64,000 nt of DNA from Vicugna vicugna. Lineage: Eukaryota. The notes below the pieces were generated by a model. It was not told the origin of the DNA, ran no database searches, and saw only the letters and a program-made list of their open reading frames with translations. The translations under genes and the position numbers were made by a program. Positions 25,652 through 40,165 of this stretch are shown here, in pieces. The DNA is taken from positions 2,555,370 through 2,619,369 of the forward strand of contig MU057744.1 in assembly GCA_013265495.1 (NCBI GenBank), read 5' to 3'. Each line of letters starts with the position of its first letter. Positions within the stretch are counted from its first letter, which is position 1.

Positions 25652-26406
25652 TTTTAAAAAAATTGAAGTATAGTCACTTTACAATATTGTGTCAATTTCT
25701 GGTGTACAGCATAATGTTTCAGTCATACATACACATAACATATATTTGTTTTCATGTTCTTTTTCATTATAGGTTACTACAAGATATTGAAGATTGTTCC
25801 CTGTGCTGTACGGTAGAAACTTGTTGTTTATCTATTTTATATTTAGTATTTTGTATCTGCAAATCTCAAACTCCCAGTTTATCCTTTCCACCCAATTCCC
25901 CCGGTAACCATAAGTTTATTTTCTATGTCTGTGAGTCTGTTACTGTTTTGTAAATAAGTTCAGTTGTGTCTTTTTTTGTTTGTTTTTTAGGTTCCACATA
26001 TAAGTGATATCATATGATATTTTTCTTTCCCTTTATTGCTTACTTCATTTAGAATGATGATCTCCAGATCAATCCTTGTTGCTGCAAATGACATTATTTT
26101 ATTCATTTTTATGACTGAGTTCTATTCCATTGAATTAATATACCATATTTTCTTTACCCATTTATCTGTCAGTGAACATTTAGGTTGTTTCCATGTCTTG
26201 GCTATTGTTTATAGTGCTGCTGTGAACATTGGGGTGCATGTGTCTTTTCAAATTAGAGTTCTCTCCAGATACATACACAAGAGTGGGATTGCTAGACCAT
26301 ATGTTAAGGCTGTTTTTAGTTTTTTTAAGGAATCTCCATACTGTGTTTGTTGGCTGCACCAAACTGCATTCCCATCAACAGTGTAGGAGGGTTCCCTGTT
26401 CTCCAC
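25652..26406 (-). mobile_element. L1 3' end, 5'-truncated
   Basis: Reverse L1 3' UTR (ATTGAAGTATAGTC.., GTTGCTGCAAATGACATTATTTT, GGAATCTCCATACTGT). Confidence 0.9.
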
Positions 26407-26839
26407 TTGGGTCTTACGTTTAAGTCTGTGATCCTTTATGAGCTAATTTGTAGGGATACTGTTAACTAGAGGTCAGGGTTAAATGAAGTTTCTACTTGTT
26501 TCTTTCTTTGGCAAATAGTTTGTTGTGAGATAGGTTGTATAAAGGAAGGTCATGGTTTAGACGCTTGGAAAGGTTGAATAATTCCAAAATTCGTGGAGCG
26601 ATTAAGTGCTGGAGCCAGGACTAATTACAGAAAGTCTCTCCCTGTGATCTGTGTTCTAGACCACTAAGATCTACTTTTCACTGAATTATTGAATTTATGT
26701 TAAATAATTCATTGTTCCTAGATTGTTAAGAACACCACCCTATTCTGTTAAACTCATAAACTTTGACTATTTCTAACATTTCATTGATCTACTTTCTCTA
26801 AACAAACCTATACTGTTTATCAAGATAATGGAGGAAATA

Positions 26840-29800
26840 ATATTTATTTTTAACAGCTCTGATGAGGTAGAATTGACTGGCCCTTCTCTTTCCTTCTGTC
26901 CTGAGGCAACTGTTGATTTGCTCTATGTTATCATAAATTGATTTATATGAATGGACTCATATAGTATATACTCTCATTCATGTGACTACTTTCACCCCAA
27001 AGAATTATTTTGAGATTCATCAATAGTTTATTCTTTTCATTGTTGAATGGTACTCAGTTATATGGATGTATCACAACTTGTCTACCAATTTGTGTATTTC
27101 GTGGACATTTGTGTTGTTTCTAGTTTTGTGCTACTACAACAAATAAAGCTATACATCATATATATATATAAAGCTATAATGTATGTATCAGTAAAGCTAT
27201 GAACATTTGTTTGCAGGTTTTTGTATGGATATATGCTTTACTTTCTCCTCGATAAACACCTAGGTGTGGAATGGCTGGTCTATATAGTAGGAGTATGTTT
27301 CATGTTTTAAGACAAAGCTCAACAGTTATCCAAAATTGTTGTATTTTTTATTATTCCCATCAAAAGTATATAAAAGTTCTAGTTGCTGCACAACTCTGTC
27401 AACACTTAGTATGGTCCAATTTTTTTTTTTAAAGAACTTCGTGTTATTCTAATAGGTGCATCTTGCTATCTCACTGTAATTTTAATTTTAATTTCCCTAA
27501 TGATTAATGATGTTAGTCAGCAATGAATAATGATGTTAGAGGGCCTTTTTAATGCACTAATTTACCATTATTTTAAGTGAAATGCTGTTCAGATTAACTT
27601 CCTTAACTCTTTTTGATTGGTCTGCTTTCTCATTATTGAGTTTTGAAGACTCTTTATATGCACTAGGTTCAAGCCCTTTATCAAGTAAGTAATGTGTAAA
27701 TATTCACTTCTAATCCATGACTTGTCTTTTTATGATCCTGTGAAAAGAAGAAGTTCTTTTTTTGGAAAAGTCCTATTTACCAAATTTTCCTTTTATTGAT
27801 TATGCTTTTGCTGTACGTCTATAAAATCTTCAGCAAACCCGAAGTTATAATGATTTTCTGCTATTTTTTTCCTGGAAATTTTATAGTTTTAGTTTTACAT
27901 TTAGGTCTGTGATCCAATTTAAGTGAGTTTTTATATATGGTGTGAGATAAGGATTGAAGTTACTTTTATTGTGGATACCTAATTGTTCCAGGATCTTTTA
28001 TTGAAGAGACTATCATTTCTTCATTGAATTGGCTGTCTATGTACTGCTCTGTTTCTGCACTCTTTTTCTAACCCACTGGTATGCTTCTCTAGCTAGAGGC
28101 CAATACCACACTGTCCTGATGACTTTAAATTTAAAATAATTCCTAAGTTGTTTTGGCTTTTCTAGGTGCCTTGTATTTCCATACAGACTTCAGAAGCAGC
28201 TTGCCAACTGTGTTCAGATGACTGCTTTCATCGTGATTAGGGTTGCACCACATCTGTAGATCAGTTTGAGAACTGTTGTTTTAACAATATTCTTGTGATG
28301 TATGGACAGAGTATTCTCTTTATTTGTGTACTCTTTAGTTTCTCTCAGAAATAATTTATAGTTTTCAGTGTTGAACTCTTTTGTCAGATCTAGCCTTAAG
28401 TATTTCATATTCTTTGGTGCTATTATAAATGTTGTCGCTTGTTATTTTCAATTTCTAATTGTGCATTGCTAGTGTATAGAAGTAAAGTTCATTTTCATAT
28501 TAAACTTGTATCCTGAGATGTTGTTGAACAATTCCATTAGCTTCTTTGTGGATTCTACAGGATATTCAACATAGACAGTCATGTCTTCTGTGAATAAAGA
28601 CAGTTTACTTGGCCTGATTACACTGGCTAGAACCTCCATGTTAGTATTGCATAGAATTGGTAAAAGCAGACACCTGTGCCTTATTCCTGATATTGGTGAG
28701 AAAGCATACAGTTTGTCACCGTTAAACATCATGTGAATTGTTGGTTTGCCATGGATCATAGATGCCCTTTATCAGGCTGTGGAATTTCTCTTTTCTTTCT
28801 TGTTTGTTGAGTTTCTTACCATAATAGGTATTGGATTGGTTAAGTAATTTTTCCATATCTGTTGTGATGATCATATAATTTATGCCCTTAATGAATATGA
28901 TGGAGTGCATTAATTGATTTTCAGGTGTTAAAGCAACTTTACATTACTAGAATAATTTCCGCTTACTCTTGTTGTATATAAAATACGTGGATTTGGTTTG
29001 CTCATGTTGTGTCAGAGGTGTTTGTATCTGTGTTCGCGATAGAAATGCATCCAGAGCTTCCTGGCATTGTCTTTCTCTGGTTTTTGTGTCACTTGGCTAC
29101 TCTGAGTGAGTTGTGAAGGGCCTTCTCCTCACTTCCTGAGTATGTTTTCTTCATTTAATTTCTTCTTTCAATGGTTTTTTTTAGATATCGGTGAAGCCAT
29201 GTACTTCTGGATTTTTCTTTGTTGGGAGATTTTAAGTTACTAATTTAATTTCTGTACTTGTTATAGTTCTATTAATATTTTCTAGTTCTTCATGAATCAA
29301 TTTTAGTAATTTGTTTCCCCCTAAGAATTTGTCCATTTCATCAATGTCTAAATTTTATCGCATAAAATTTGTCATAATATTCTGTATAGTCTATAAAGTT
29401 GATGGTAGTGTTCCCTCTTTCATTTCTGATTGTGGTCATTTTCTTCAGTATTTTTACTTGATCAGCCTAGTAAATGATTTGCTAGTCTTGTTGATTTTTT
29501 TCTATAAACCAACCTTCAGTTTCCTTGATTTTTCTCTTTTATTTTTTTCTAATTCAGTTATTTCTACTCATATCTTTATTATTTCCTTGTGTTTGTTTGC
29601 TTTGCATTTATTTTGCTCTTCTTTTCATAGACTATTAGGTGAAAGTTTTAAGTTAATTATTTAAAACTTTTACTTCTCTAATACAGGCTGTTCAACTGTG
29701 GCTTTGGCTACATCCCATAAATGTTGATACTGTTTTAAAAAATTTTTTTATTCAACTCAAGTATTTTATGATGTTTCCGTTGTGAAGTCTACTCTGCCCT

Positions 29801-32800
29801 GTTGGTTTTTAGAAATGTGTTAATTAATTAATTTGCTTTTGGTGTTGTATGTAAGAAACTGTTGCTTAATTTGTGATCATGAAGATTCACATCTGTGTTT
29901 TTGTCTAAGAACGTTAAAGTTTTAACTCTTACATTTAGGTCTTTGATCCATTTTGAGTTAATGTATATGTCTGATGTGAGGTATGGGTCAAAATTCATTA
30001 TATGCCATGAGGATATCCAGTTGTTCAAGCACTATTTATTAAAGAGACTGCTCCTTCCTCCATTGAATTTTTTGGATACCCTTACAGGAAATCAATTGAT
30101 AATAGATGCATGATTTTTTCTAGACTTTAATTCTATTTCAGTTATCTGTGTCTGTCCTTATGCCAGTATTACATGTCTTGATACTTGTAGCTTTTTACTA
30201 ATTGTTGGAATGAAGAAGTGTGATCCTCCCAATGTGTACAGTTGTGCATAAAACTTTTCTTCTATGTGACTCCATTGCCTCTCCTTCCTGTGTACTTGAC
30301 TTGTCATAAATTACATTATGTGCCCATTAACACAGATTTATAATTACTATGTTTACAGTTGTATTTTAAATCAGATAAGAAAACAAAAGACATCTAAACA
30401 AAAAACACTAATATTGTCATCTACACTTGCCCATGTGGTTGCCTTTGGTGATACTCTTCATCCTTTCCTATGGATTCTAGTCAGTGTCCTTTCATTTCAG
30501 ACGGAAGGACTCTCTTCTTAGAATAAGTCTCTCTGGGAGAGATGATGTCTCAGTTTTTGTTTTCTCTGAATGTCTTAATTTCTTCCTTCAAATTTGAAGG
30601 ATAATTTTGATATATGTAAAATTCTTGGTAGATTTTTTTTTTCTTTCAGCATCTTTATTATGTGATTTCTCTGCCTTCTGGCCTCCCTGGTTTGTGATGA
30701 GAAATCTGCAGCTAATACTTCTGAAGATTCCTTTTATGTGAGGAGTCAATTTTTTTCTTGCTGGTTTCATATTTCTCTTTTTCTAGTTCTCAACTATTAG
30801 CTTTTGCTGCATCAAGGTGTAGATGTCTTTGAATTTATCCTGTTTAATTTATTGACTTGCTTGGATGTGTATATCAATGATTTTCATGAAGTTTGGGAGT
30901 TTCCAGTCATTATTTTTCAAATTGTCTTTCTGCCTTTTTCTCTCCTCTTTTCCTAGGACTCCTCTTATGCTGATGTTGGTATGCTTGGTGGTGGCCAAAG
31001 GCCTTTGAGGCTTTTTCATTTTTCTGTTTCTCAGACTAGAGAAGGTTGGTTGGTCTGGTCTATGTTTAAGTTTGCTGATTCTTTATTGTGCTACTTCAAA
31101 ATCTGCCGTTGAGCCCCTCTAGTGAATTTTTTATTTGAACTTTTCAGCTCTAAATTTTTAATTCATTATTTTAATGAATTCTGTCTCTTCATTAAATTTC
31201 TACATATAGTAAAACACTGTTCATACAGTTTTCTTTAGCTTTTCAAATATGATTTCTTTTAATTTTGGATTATATGTAAAATAACTGATTTAAAGTCTTT
31301 GTGTAGTAATTCTAATGTCTGGGCTTCTTCCAAGACAATTTCTGTTTATTTTTTTTCCTGTGTATAGGTTAAACTTCCATGATTCTTTGTGTATCATTCA
31401 TTTTGGTTAAAATTGGACATATTTTAATAATAGTATATGGTAACTCTGGAAATCAGACTCTCGCCCCATCTCAGGGTTTACTAATTTTGTTGTTTGTAGT
31501 AGTAGTTGCTGTTTATTCAGTTAGTGATTTTTCTGAAATAATTCTGTAAAGTCTGTCTTCTCTGTCAGATGTAGCTGTGAAAGTCTCTAGAGGGTCGTTA
31601 ATAATTGCATGGACAGTTTCTTAAACAAAGACCTGATAAGTCTCTCAGCCTTTGCTGGGGCTCTGTGTGCGTGCTAGTGGCATGCCTTCAGCGTTCAGCT
31701 AGCCAGTTGTCAGCTGTACCCTGGACTCTACTTCTGCTTGCATAGAGCATCCATGTCAGCCAGACAGCAGAGTTTAGGGCCTTTTCAGATCTTTCTAGAG
31801 TGCATGCACCTTCCCAGGCATGCACAGGGCCGTCCTGATTCCCAGGAATGTGTCCATGCTTTCAAAACCATTTTCCTTTTGAGCTACTTGCTCTGTTTTA
31901 TTTGCCCCAGCAGTTATCCACTACCTCAAGCAGACACTAAGTTAATGAATCCCCTATAAATTTTTTTTCAAAAATCACCCTTGCTTGAGGAAAAGACTTT
32001 CTGCCCTGAGCAAGCTCCAGATCAGGCAAATACACAGAGCACTGCAAATGTAGAAGCACCAGAAGAGTCAGACAATGACAGCTTTCTGGGAAGGAGGCTT
32101 TAAAAGAGCTTCAGCCTTGTTTTGTTTCTTCAGGGCTGTCAGGCTACTGGTTGTCACCATAAAAGAGAGCTGTTGTTTTGTTTGGCCAGGTTGCCACAGA
32201 GCCCAGAAGTGAAAGATGTGACTCAGGCAATTATAACGCCACAAAGTCCACTGTTCTTACAGAATTTCAGCCACTTTTCCTTACTAAATATTCCCTGCAT
32301 TGTTTCAAGACTGTCTAATTTCTAGAGTTCTAAAAAAGTTGATTCTGACGTTATTTGCTGATTTTCTAATTGCTCTTATGGAGGGGTGGATTTTGGAGGT
32401 CTTCTTGTGCTATTAAAAATTATATAAATCACATTCATCTTTTTCATTTCAGTCTGTTGGTATATCTGAAAATAATGCATGTTTTTTAGGGACAGTATGT
32501 TTTCAGAAATTGTTTTTAACCTAGTCTGACAATCTGTGTCTTTAGATTGGCATGTTTAGTCCATTATCATTTAATGGAATATTTATATGGTTGGATTTAT
32601 GTCTGCTTTTTGATACATATCAAAATATATGTGTGTATATATTTTACTAAGTTTACCTTGTTCCTCTGTGTTGCATATATCTTAAAATTATTTATATGTA
32701 TATACATACATCTTGTTAAGACATATGTATATTTAGGTGTATACATATGTGTATATTTAGAGTCCTATTTAATTCCTCTGCTAATTTTTAAAATAACATT

Positions 32801-32830
32801 GTACTATGTAATGTGTTTACTGTATTTTTT
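26840..32830 (-). mobile_element. Long old L1M (3' UTR through ORF2 to 5' region) with nested L1 pieces
   Basis: T-rich reverse L1. ORF fragments resemble L1 ORF2 ([39 protein letters not shown]). Confidence 0.8.
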
Positions 32831-33075
32831 AGTTATTTTCTGATTTCTTGCTCTGCAGGCCACAGAACAGGTCTGCTTTAGTGTTCCTGCCGTTCTGAGA
32901 GCAGCCCTTGCGAAGGACAGCCTCAGTGCACATGCACCAGTGGATTTCAGAGTAGAGCTGGGCCCTTGCCCTCCGAGATTTGAGAGGTGCATTCTCTTTG
33001 CCCGCAGATCCAGCCTCACCCCTGTACCACAGCCCAAGAAATGTCTGTAGGTAGAAATCTAGAGCAGTGGCAGGG

Positions 33076-33423
33076 TGTTGTGGACTGCAAGTTTGTGCCG
33101 CCACCTCCACGTTCTTATGTTGAAGCCCCAACCCCGAGGTGGCTATTTAGAGAAAGAGCCTTCATGGAGGTAATTCAGTTTAGAGAAGTCCTAAGGTTGA
33201 GCTCTAATCCAATGTAAAGTCCTTATAAGGAGAGACACAGGAAATTTCTCTCTCTTCCCACATATGAGGACACCATGAGCCAACCATCTGCAGACCAGGA
33301 GGAGGGTCCTGCCCCGGAACCAGCATGGCAGCAGCTTGATTTGGGGTTTTAGCTGCGAGAACGGGGTGCTTACACCACACGGTCTTTGCTGTTCTGTTGT
33401 GGCAGCTTAGATAGACCAAGACA
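33076..33423 (+). mobile_element. MaLR solo LTR (MLT1A/B-like)
   Basis: TGTTGTGGACTG..TATGTTGAAGCCCCAACCCC..GGAGGTAATT..CCATCTGCAGACCAGGA..TGTTGTGGCAGC..GACCAAGACA. Confidence 0.75.
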
Positions 33424-35990
33424 TGGGGTTTTCTCACTTACTTCTTCTCTCTTGGGGATCCTCCAGTTCCTACCTCTTGTGCAGTGTCTGGTGATCGTAT
33501 TTTCACACGCTTTATCCAGTTTTCTAGCTTTCTGTGTGTGTGGCAGAAGGGAATGCCCAATCCCTGCCATTTCCTTGCAGCTGTAGGTGGAGGTTGAATA
33601 GAGTATATACCTCTGTTTTGGGGTTGAGCAATTTACATAGCTGCGGGGAACGTGGCCACCGCTTCCAGGGTGAGAGCTCATTCATTACCTGTTCTCTGGC
33701 TTTGAGCAGTCACCTTCCATGCACATTGTCTACCTGCAGGAAGCCCGAAATGATTCTTAGCACATCTCTTCCCTGCCTGTCTTATACATAGCCCTGCATA
33801 TTTCTGATTTTAGGGTTAGTGGAATCCTCCTGTAGTGCATGTTCTAACATAATATACCCAGGAGATACTCTGTCACAACAGTGCTATGGCTAAATATTTG
33901 GGGAAGCCATGCTTCAGTTCCTTCTTGGATGTTCAGAATGCAAAGTAGCATATCTTAACGCTGTGACAAATCTTTTTCTTTAACTCATCATTTTCCTTTG
34001 TTTTTGATGATGAATTTTGTTATTCTGTGAAATTCTGGTTTTGTAGAATGCTCTTTGAGAAATACTATCCATGTCTATGGAAAAGCTTAGAGGCAGTATG
34101 TTTAAATTCCTGTCTTCAGCACATACATGTCAGTTCTTTGAGAAATGTCATGGTAAACATTTTGAACTCACCTAAAATATGAAAATATTATTGTCAGAAT
34201 GAAATTAAATAATGCATAGTAAAGTGTCTGATTCAAAAGTAGACACTCAACACGTTAATTCCTCTTTACTCTGCCTTTATGTGTCAAATGTAAGAAATTT
34301 AAAACTTTTAAAGCTATAAAATACATTGTCCAAATGTCATGCACTTTTGTATTTACATCATTTACAATTTATCTGTAGCTTTTTATTATAGGCTCTAACC
34401 AAGGTGAACCTTTTGTTGTTGTTTATGGTGTATTCAGTGCCTGGCAGTGTGTCTCTGTGATGTGATGCAGAAATACTTCAGTGACTATCTGCTATAAGGT
34501 AGTATGATCCATTATGTTTGGTATGTATTGCTCGTTTCCTACGTGATGCATTTTGAAAGAAGTGTAATTATAGAAGTACAGGTATTTTTCCCCTTTTCAC
34601 ATGAAGAAGTTTTAATTGATCTCTGTGGAATTTGAGAAAGTATTGGAGCTAAATATAACCTGCAGGAGACTCATTAAAGTCACTGAATACAGTTTATTCT
34701 CAGAAAACCTGTGTGACAGCAGAGTGTGCTTCAGCAGAGGGCTGGAGGAGAACGTTTGTTGGTTTAGAGCAGAGTCAGTGCTGTACCCCCAGGGGTACTG
34801 GCCGAGCCCAGTGCTGTGGACTGAGCCTCTCTGTCTGTGTCCCTGCTGTGTATACACTGCTGATGATCCTAGGAAAGGTCCAGAATGTTGTATCTTCTCC
34901 CCACTGTGTTTCATTATTTGCATATTTCCTTGAAGTTCTTGTGAGCAGGAGTCTTGCTTTACTTTTGTTTGTTTTCCTGGGAAATAACAGAGTGCTACAC
35001 AAGAAATAGGCATTTAATAAATGACACTAAATTCAACCTTTGCCCACCTCATCACATTAAGACTAGTGGGAGTTGTCATTATAAATGCCAGATCTTTGTC
35101 TCAGCTTTATGTTTGCTTTGCACCAACTATAAAACTAAGATCCAGATAATAATAGAAAATACTTTTACTCAACAGTATCCATTGATTACATTATTTCACC
35201 CAGTAATTGAACAGTGAATTTCCTATGGTTGATATTTAATAAATAATTTGTTGAGTTGTGACATTAAAATTTTAGAGGCACTTACACTGTATGTTAATAA
35301 ATTCCAGCACTGAGTGATATTAAAAAAGCAGTCATAGTAAAGGAATTATACATTGTAAGGTTTTGTATTTAAACATTTTGGTTTTTTTATTAAGCATTCT
35401 TCCAATTTTGAGAGCTAGATTAACTTTATATTAAAAACATTAATGTTTAAATTATTTTTCAGGCCTTTAAAATTCATTTCTGCAAATTTTCGTTAAAATT
35501 TTCATAGCACCTTACTTTCAGAATCCTTTTTTTTCCTCTTTCATATCAGGTCACACAGTAGTCCTAAGCAGAAAATCATTATTATCTCCAATACATGGAG
35601 GTGTACAAAGATGAAAATAATTTTTAAATGACTTGTATTTTTTTTCATAATGAGTCAGATATACTTGAACTCTCTCCCAAACTAAGTCCTAGTCCAACTT
35701 TCCCCACTCTTGGAAATTAAGGCTGTAGCTCTTAGCCAAAAGTCTTTAGATGCGATTTTCACATATACAGGTTATTTTTTTCTTAATGTTCATTTTCCAT
35801 CCAAGTCCAAGTTTCATTGTTAGAATTATAAAATGACTTTTAAGCTGACCTATTTGAGAATAATTGTGTGTGCTAAATATTGTTGATGACAGGAGAGTCT
35901 GTTCAGAGAGAACTTATGTTGTGATACTGTTCTCCCTTGAAAGTCAATATTGCATACTAAGTCAGAGGCGATGCTCTTTTGTCTTTTCAG

Positions 35991-36089
35991 AATTTTCCAG
36001 CTGCAGGTTGATTTGCACATGATGCTGATTCGTGTGTCTTATGAAACATGACACTTGAAGTCATTTAGTGCCTGAGGCATTTGTGCTGG
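35991..36089 (+). pseudogene. Pseudo-exon candidate, 99 nt, symmetric
   Basis: Strong acceptor CTCTTTTGTCTTTTCAG and donor TGG|GTATGG. Best frame IFQLQVDLHMMLIRVSYET*HLKSFSA*GICA. Confidence 0.4.
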
Positions 36090-38877
36090 GTATGGTTTTA
36101 TTTTCATAAATTGTACATTAACTCTGGCAGCAACTTTTTTTGTAAGTGCAGTGGAAACCTGTAGAAATAATACACCTGCAGTGTGGAGATTTCTTAACTG
36201 CTACCCACCTTCACCTTACTGACGTGCCAGATTAATTGGTACTGTCTATTCTCTCAGTAAAACAGAATTATGACTGTACATAGTGCTTTATTTTCACAAT
36301 GCCTTTGTTTTCAGTTTCACTCTCAGGGCAGAATCCTCAGAATCAGAAGGATATTTGTTAGTATCTCTATACTTTCATGCTTCCCATTGATTTATCAATA
36401 GTTAAATGTATTTTCATAAAACCTGTTTATGACACTAGCTTAGAATTACTATTCTAAATAGATTATTTAAATAGATCTCCTTTAGCCAGTATAATAAAAA
36501 TAATTCTTGTTTCCATGAAAATTAAGTTTGTTTCTGTGAAAAGAATCAATAATGATGACTTGCTAGGAACTCATAGTCAGATTAGGAGTGAGTAAGGCAA
36601 ATGCAGGAGACTGGGGAAATGTTCTGTGAATCTAGATGACTTCCGCACTTTCTTTGCAGTGGTTGTGAAGTTGTTTTAATTTCTCTGAATATCATGGAAA
36701 TCCCCCTTGGATATGTTTTTTTTGCAATAAAAACAAAATAAAACTCAAATAAGAGAACTCATGTTCAAACAGTCTTTTTCCCTTTTCAAAAAAATGTTTA
36801 AATAAATGCACATACATTTGTTTTAGATAAAATAATACAATAAAATTGTTATTTTTAAATATTAAGAGTATCAGTTTAGTTGTCAGTCTCTATCTTTTTT
36901 ATCCTGTATTAACCTAAAGGGACTTTAGAGTAGGAAGGAATTGTAATGATGACTCCCACTCTGCAGGTGTGGGGACTGAGGTCCGCGGGCCTGAAGCCAC
37001 TGCTCGAGGTCCCAGGAGGGGTGGGCGTGAGCCCCAAGGGCCCTTGACTGGAGGATTTGGGCCCATTTGATTCTGATGCACCTAAGTGCTTTCAGGGCTT
37101 GGCTGTGCCGCGTACTCTTTTCCCACAAACGCTTGGAACCAGAGGGGAGTCTGTAGACGGAAGGAAGACCATTTTTGTTGTTCTTTGGTCGACATTCTTC
37201 CAAGTAACAGCATTGCTTAGCTTACCATCAGCTCTGTTGATACCGCTTGGCTCCTTTTCTGGTCCCTCACCTTTTAGTTAGTCACGGGTGATGGGGATTT
37301 ATAAAATCTTTCACAGCCAAAGTTCTCCATCTCCAAGCCATGCTGACTGAGTGCTGAATCATAAGAGAGAGAATCATCAGGGAGTAAGGATAGCTTTTAA
37401 CTTTGTTCAGGTCAGTTTGAATATGCCTTTCATGATTTAATAAATTTTAAATCAACATCATCTTTTTCTGTCTGCCAATTAAATAATGCACCTTCATTGA
37501 AGAGTATTAGGACGTTTGAGAGAGACTGTATAGATACAATAACTGTCTGTTAATTATCTTGCCCGGGATAACTGTAACAAGTATTTAGTTATTTCCCTGC
37601 ACTTACCCACATGCATGTGTTAACTTTCCTACATATACCCACGTGCATGTGTTAAAAATGTCATCCCTAATTTCAGAATGCATCCACTAAAGAAATGGGC
37701 ATTAAAATACTCTAAAACTAAAAAAAGAAAGTCGTTTCTACATTTTAAAAACACATAGCAAATATTGGTGCCTTAATACAATTTCCCATGTTAGTAAAAC
37801 ATTGTTATAGTAATTGTTTAAGTATTGCACAATAATATTCAGTTGTATAGATAAAAAGATGATTTAAAAATGTTTTCATATATTATTAGCAAAAAATGAC
37901 ATCTCTGATTTATGAACATTGTATTTTAAATACTAGTACAGTTGAATATTTTGCATGCTTTTGGTTTTTATCTTCTGCTTTATTAATTGATAAGTGTTTT
38001 TTGTATACTTATGATATTAAAATTATATTATTTGATATTTTTCTATTATTTATTTGGAATTTAAATTTTCTTTAAATATATGGGCATAATTTTTATATAA
38101 TTAATTACCCCCTTTTTCTATGGGTTTTTTCCCATGCTTTTTATCTTAGAGAGTCTTTCATGATATATATGTTGCAGTTTCCTCATTCTTGTGGCTTGAG
38201 AGTTGCTTTCAATAATTTAATTTCCTAAGTAATAAGCTGTGTGTCCTTTGCCAAATATTATAACTCTCGGTGCTTTTGTTTTCTCATATGTGAAACATGC
38301 CCATCATTACTAACTTCATGTTGTGAATCTGAATTGTACATAAATGTACACATATAAAGCATGGATAAGAGAACTGGCCGCAAAGTAAGAGTTCAGCAGT
38401 ATTAGCTCTTATTATTTTACAGATTTAAGACCTGGAGTTATTTTCCTCACTAAATGGTTTCAGCATTATTAATTGAATTCTTCCATCTTACATAATTCAT
38501 ATTTCATATTTTTAAACATTCGAATTTTATGTGTATATGTATGCATGTCATGAATGTTATTTATTTGTATGTAGATTATAGTGTACAAACAATATTGGTC
38601 AAGAAATGGTTGTGCTAATATATTCCCTTCATTAATGGAAGGAAAGTAGTCCATTTGTATCAATCCAGATAGGCAAGGTTATGCTTCTATAAAAAAGCTG
38701 CCTGTGACAATAAAATGTTTATTTCTTACACACACTACATGTCAAATATACATTGTTACAGGGCTCTGAACATTATAGTTACTTAGGAACCCAGGCTGAT
38801 GGCCCTCCATCTTTGGATGAACATTTATAATCAGCTCAGTAGGGTGAAGGGACATCGTGAGTCAAAAACTGGTCCTT

Positions 38878-39787
38878 GGCAAGAATATACAATGGAGAAA
38901 AGACAGTCCTTCAACAAGTGGTGCTGGGAGCACTGGACAGCTACCTTTAAAAGACTGAAATTAGAACAATCTCTAACACTGTGTACAAAAATAAGCTTGA
39001 AATGGATTAAAGAGCTAAATGTAAGACCAGATACTATAAACCTTCTAGAGGAAAACATAGGCAGAACACTCTTTGACATAAATCACAGCAATATGTTTTT
39101 TTGAACAAGCTCCTTGAGTAGTGGAAATAAAAGCAAAAATAAACAAATGGGATCTAATTAAACTTAAAAGCTTTTGCACAGCTAAGGAGACCATCAACAA
39201 AACAAAAAGACAACCTACAGGATGGGAGAAAATATTTGCAAATGATGCAACTGACAAGGGACTCATTTCCAAAATATACAAACAGCTTAACTTATACAGC
39301 ATCCAAAAAAACAAGCAACCCAATCAAAAAATGGGCAGAAAACCTAAATAGACATTTCTCCAAAGAAAACATCCAGATGGCCAACAAGCACATGAAAAGA
39401 TGCTCAACGTCACCAATTGTTAGAGAAATTCAAGTCAAAACTTCCGTGAGGTTTCACCTCACACCCATCAGAATGGGCATCCTTAAAAAGTCCACAAATG
39501 ATAAATGCTGGAGAGGGTGTGGAGTAAAAGAAGCCTCCTATACTATTGGTGGGAATGTAAATAGGTGCAACAACTATGGAGGACAGTATGGAGACTCCTC
39601 ATAAAAACTAAAAATAAACTTACCATATGATTCAGCAATCCTACTCCTGGAAATATATCCAGAGGAAAATATAATTCGAAAAGATACATGTACCCCAGTG
39701 TTCACAGCAGCACTGTTTACAATAGCCAAGACATGGAAACAACCTAAATGTCCATTTTCAGATGACTGGATAAAGAAGATGCCATAT

Positions 39788-39830
<43 letters not shown>

Positions 39831-40165
39831 TATACATACTTATATGTACTTATATATATATACATACATACATATATATATACATACATACTTATACATA
39901 CACACAATGGACTACTACTTAGCCTTAATAAAGAATAAAGTAATGCCATTTGTAGCAACATGGGTGGACCTGGAGATTGTCATTCTAAGTGAAGTAAGTC
40001 ACAGAAAGAAATGTAATATGATATTGCTTATATATGGAATCTTAAGAAAAAAAGAAGGGGGCTCAAATGGACTTATCTTCAAAACAGAAACAGACTTAGA
40101 ACAAACTTTTGGTTACCGAGGGGAAAGAGGGTGGGAAGGGATAAATTGGGAGTTTCAACCTTGTA
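38878..40165 (+). mobile_element. L1, 5'-truncated (ORF2 C-terminus plus 3' UTR)
   Basis: ORF track shows [30 protein letters not shown] and [19 protein letters not shown]. Confidence 0.92.
39785..39906. repeat. Compound (CA)n/(TA)n/(TACA)n microsatellite inside the L1 3' UTR
   Basis: Directly visible dinucleotide runs. Confidence 0.9.

Noticed and set aside
34612..35013. Several overlapping ORFs on both strands
   Set aside because: No preferred frame or convincing donor, so it could not be placed in the exon chain
37592..37655. Roughly 32-bp tandem duplication (similar small ones at ~2572, ~6500 and ~62430)
   Set aside because: Ordinary two-copy slippage duplications with no spacer array, so not CRISPR-like
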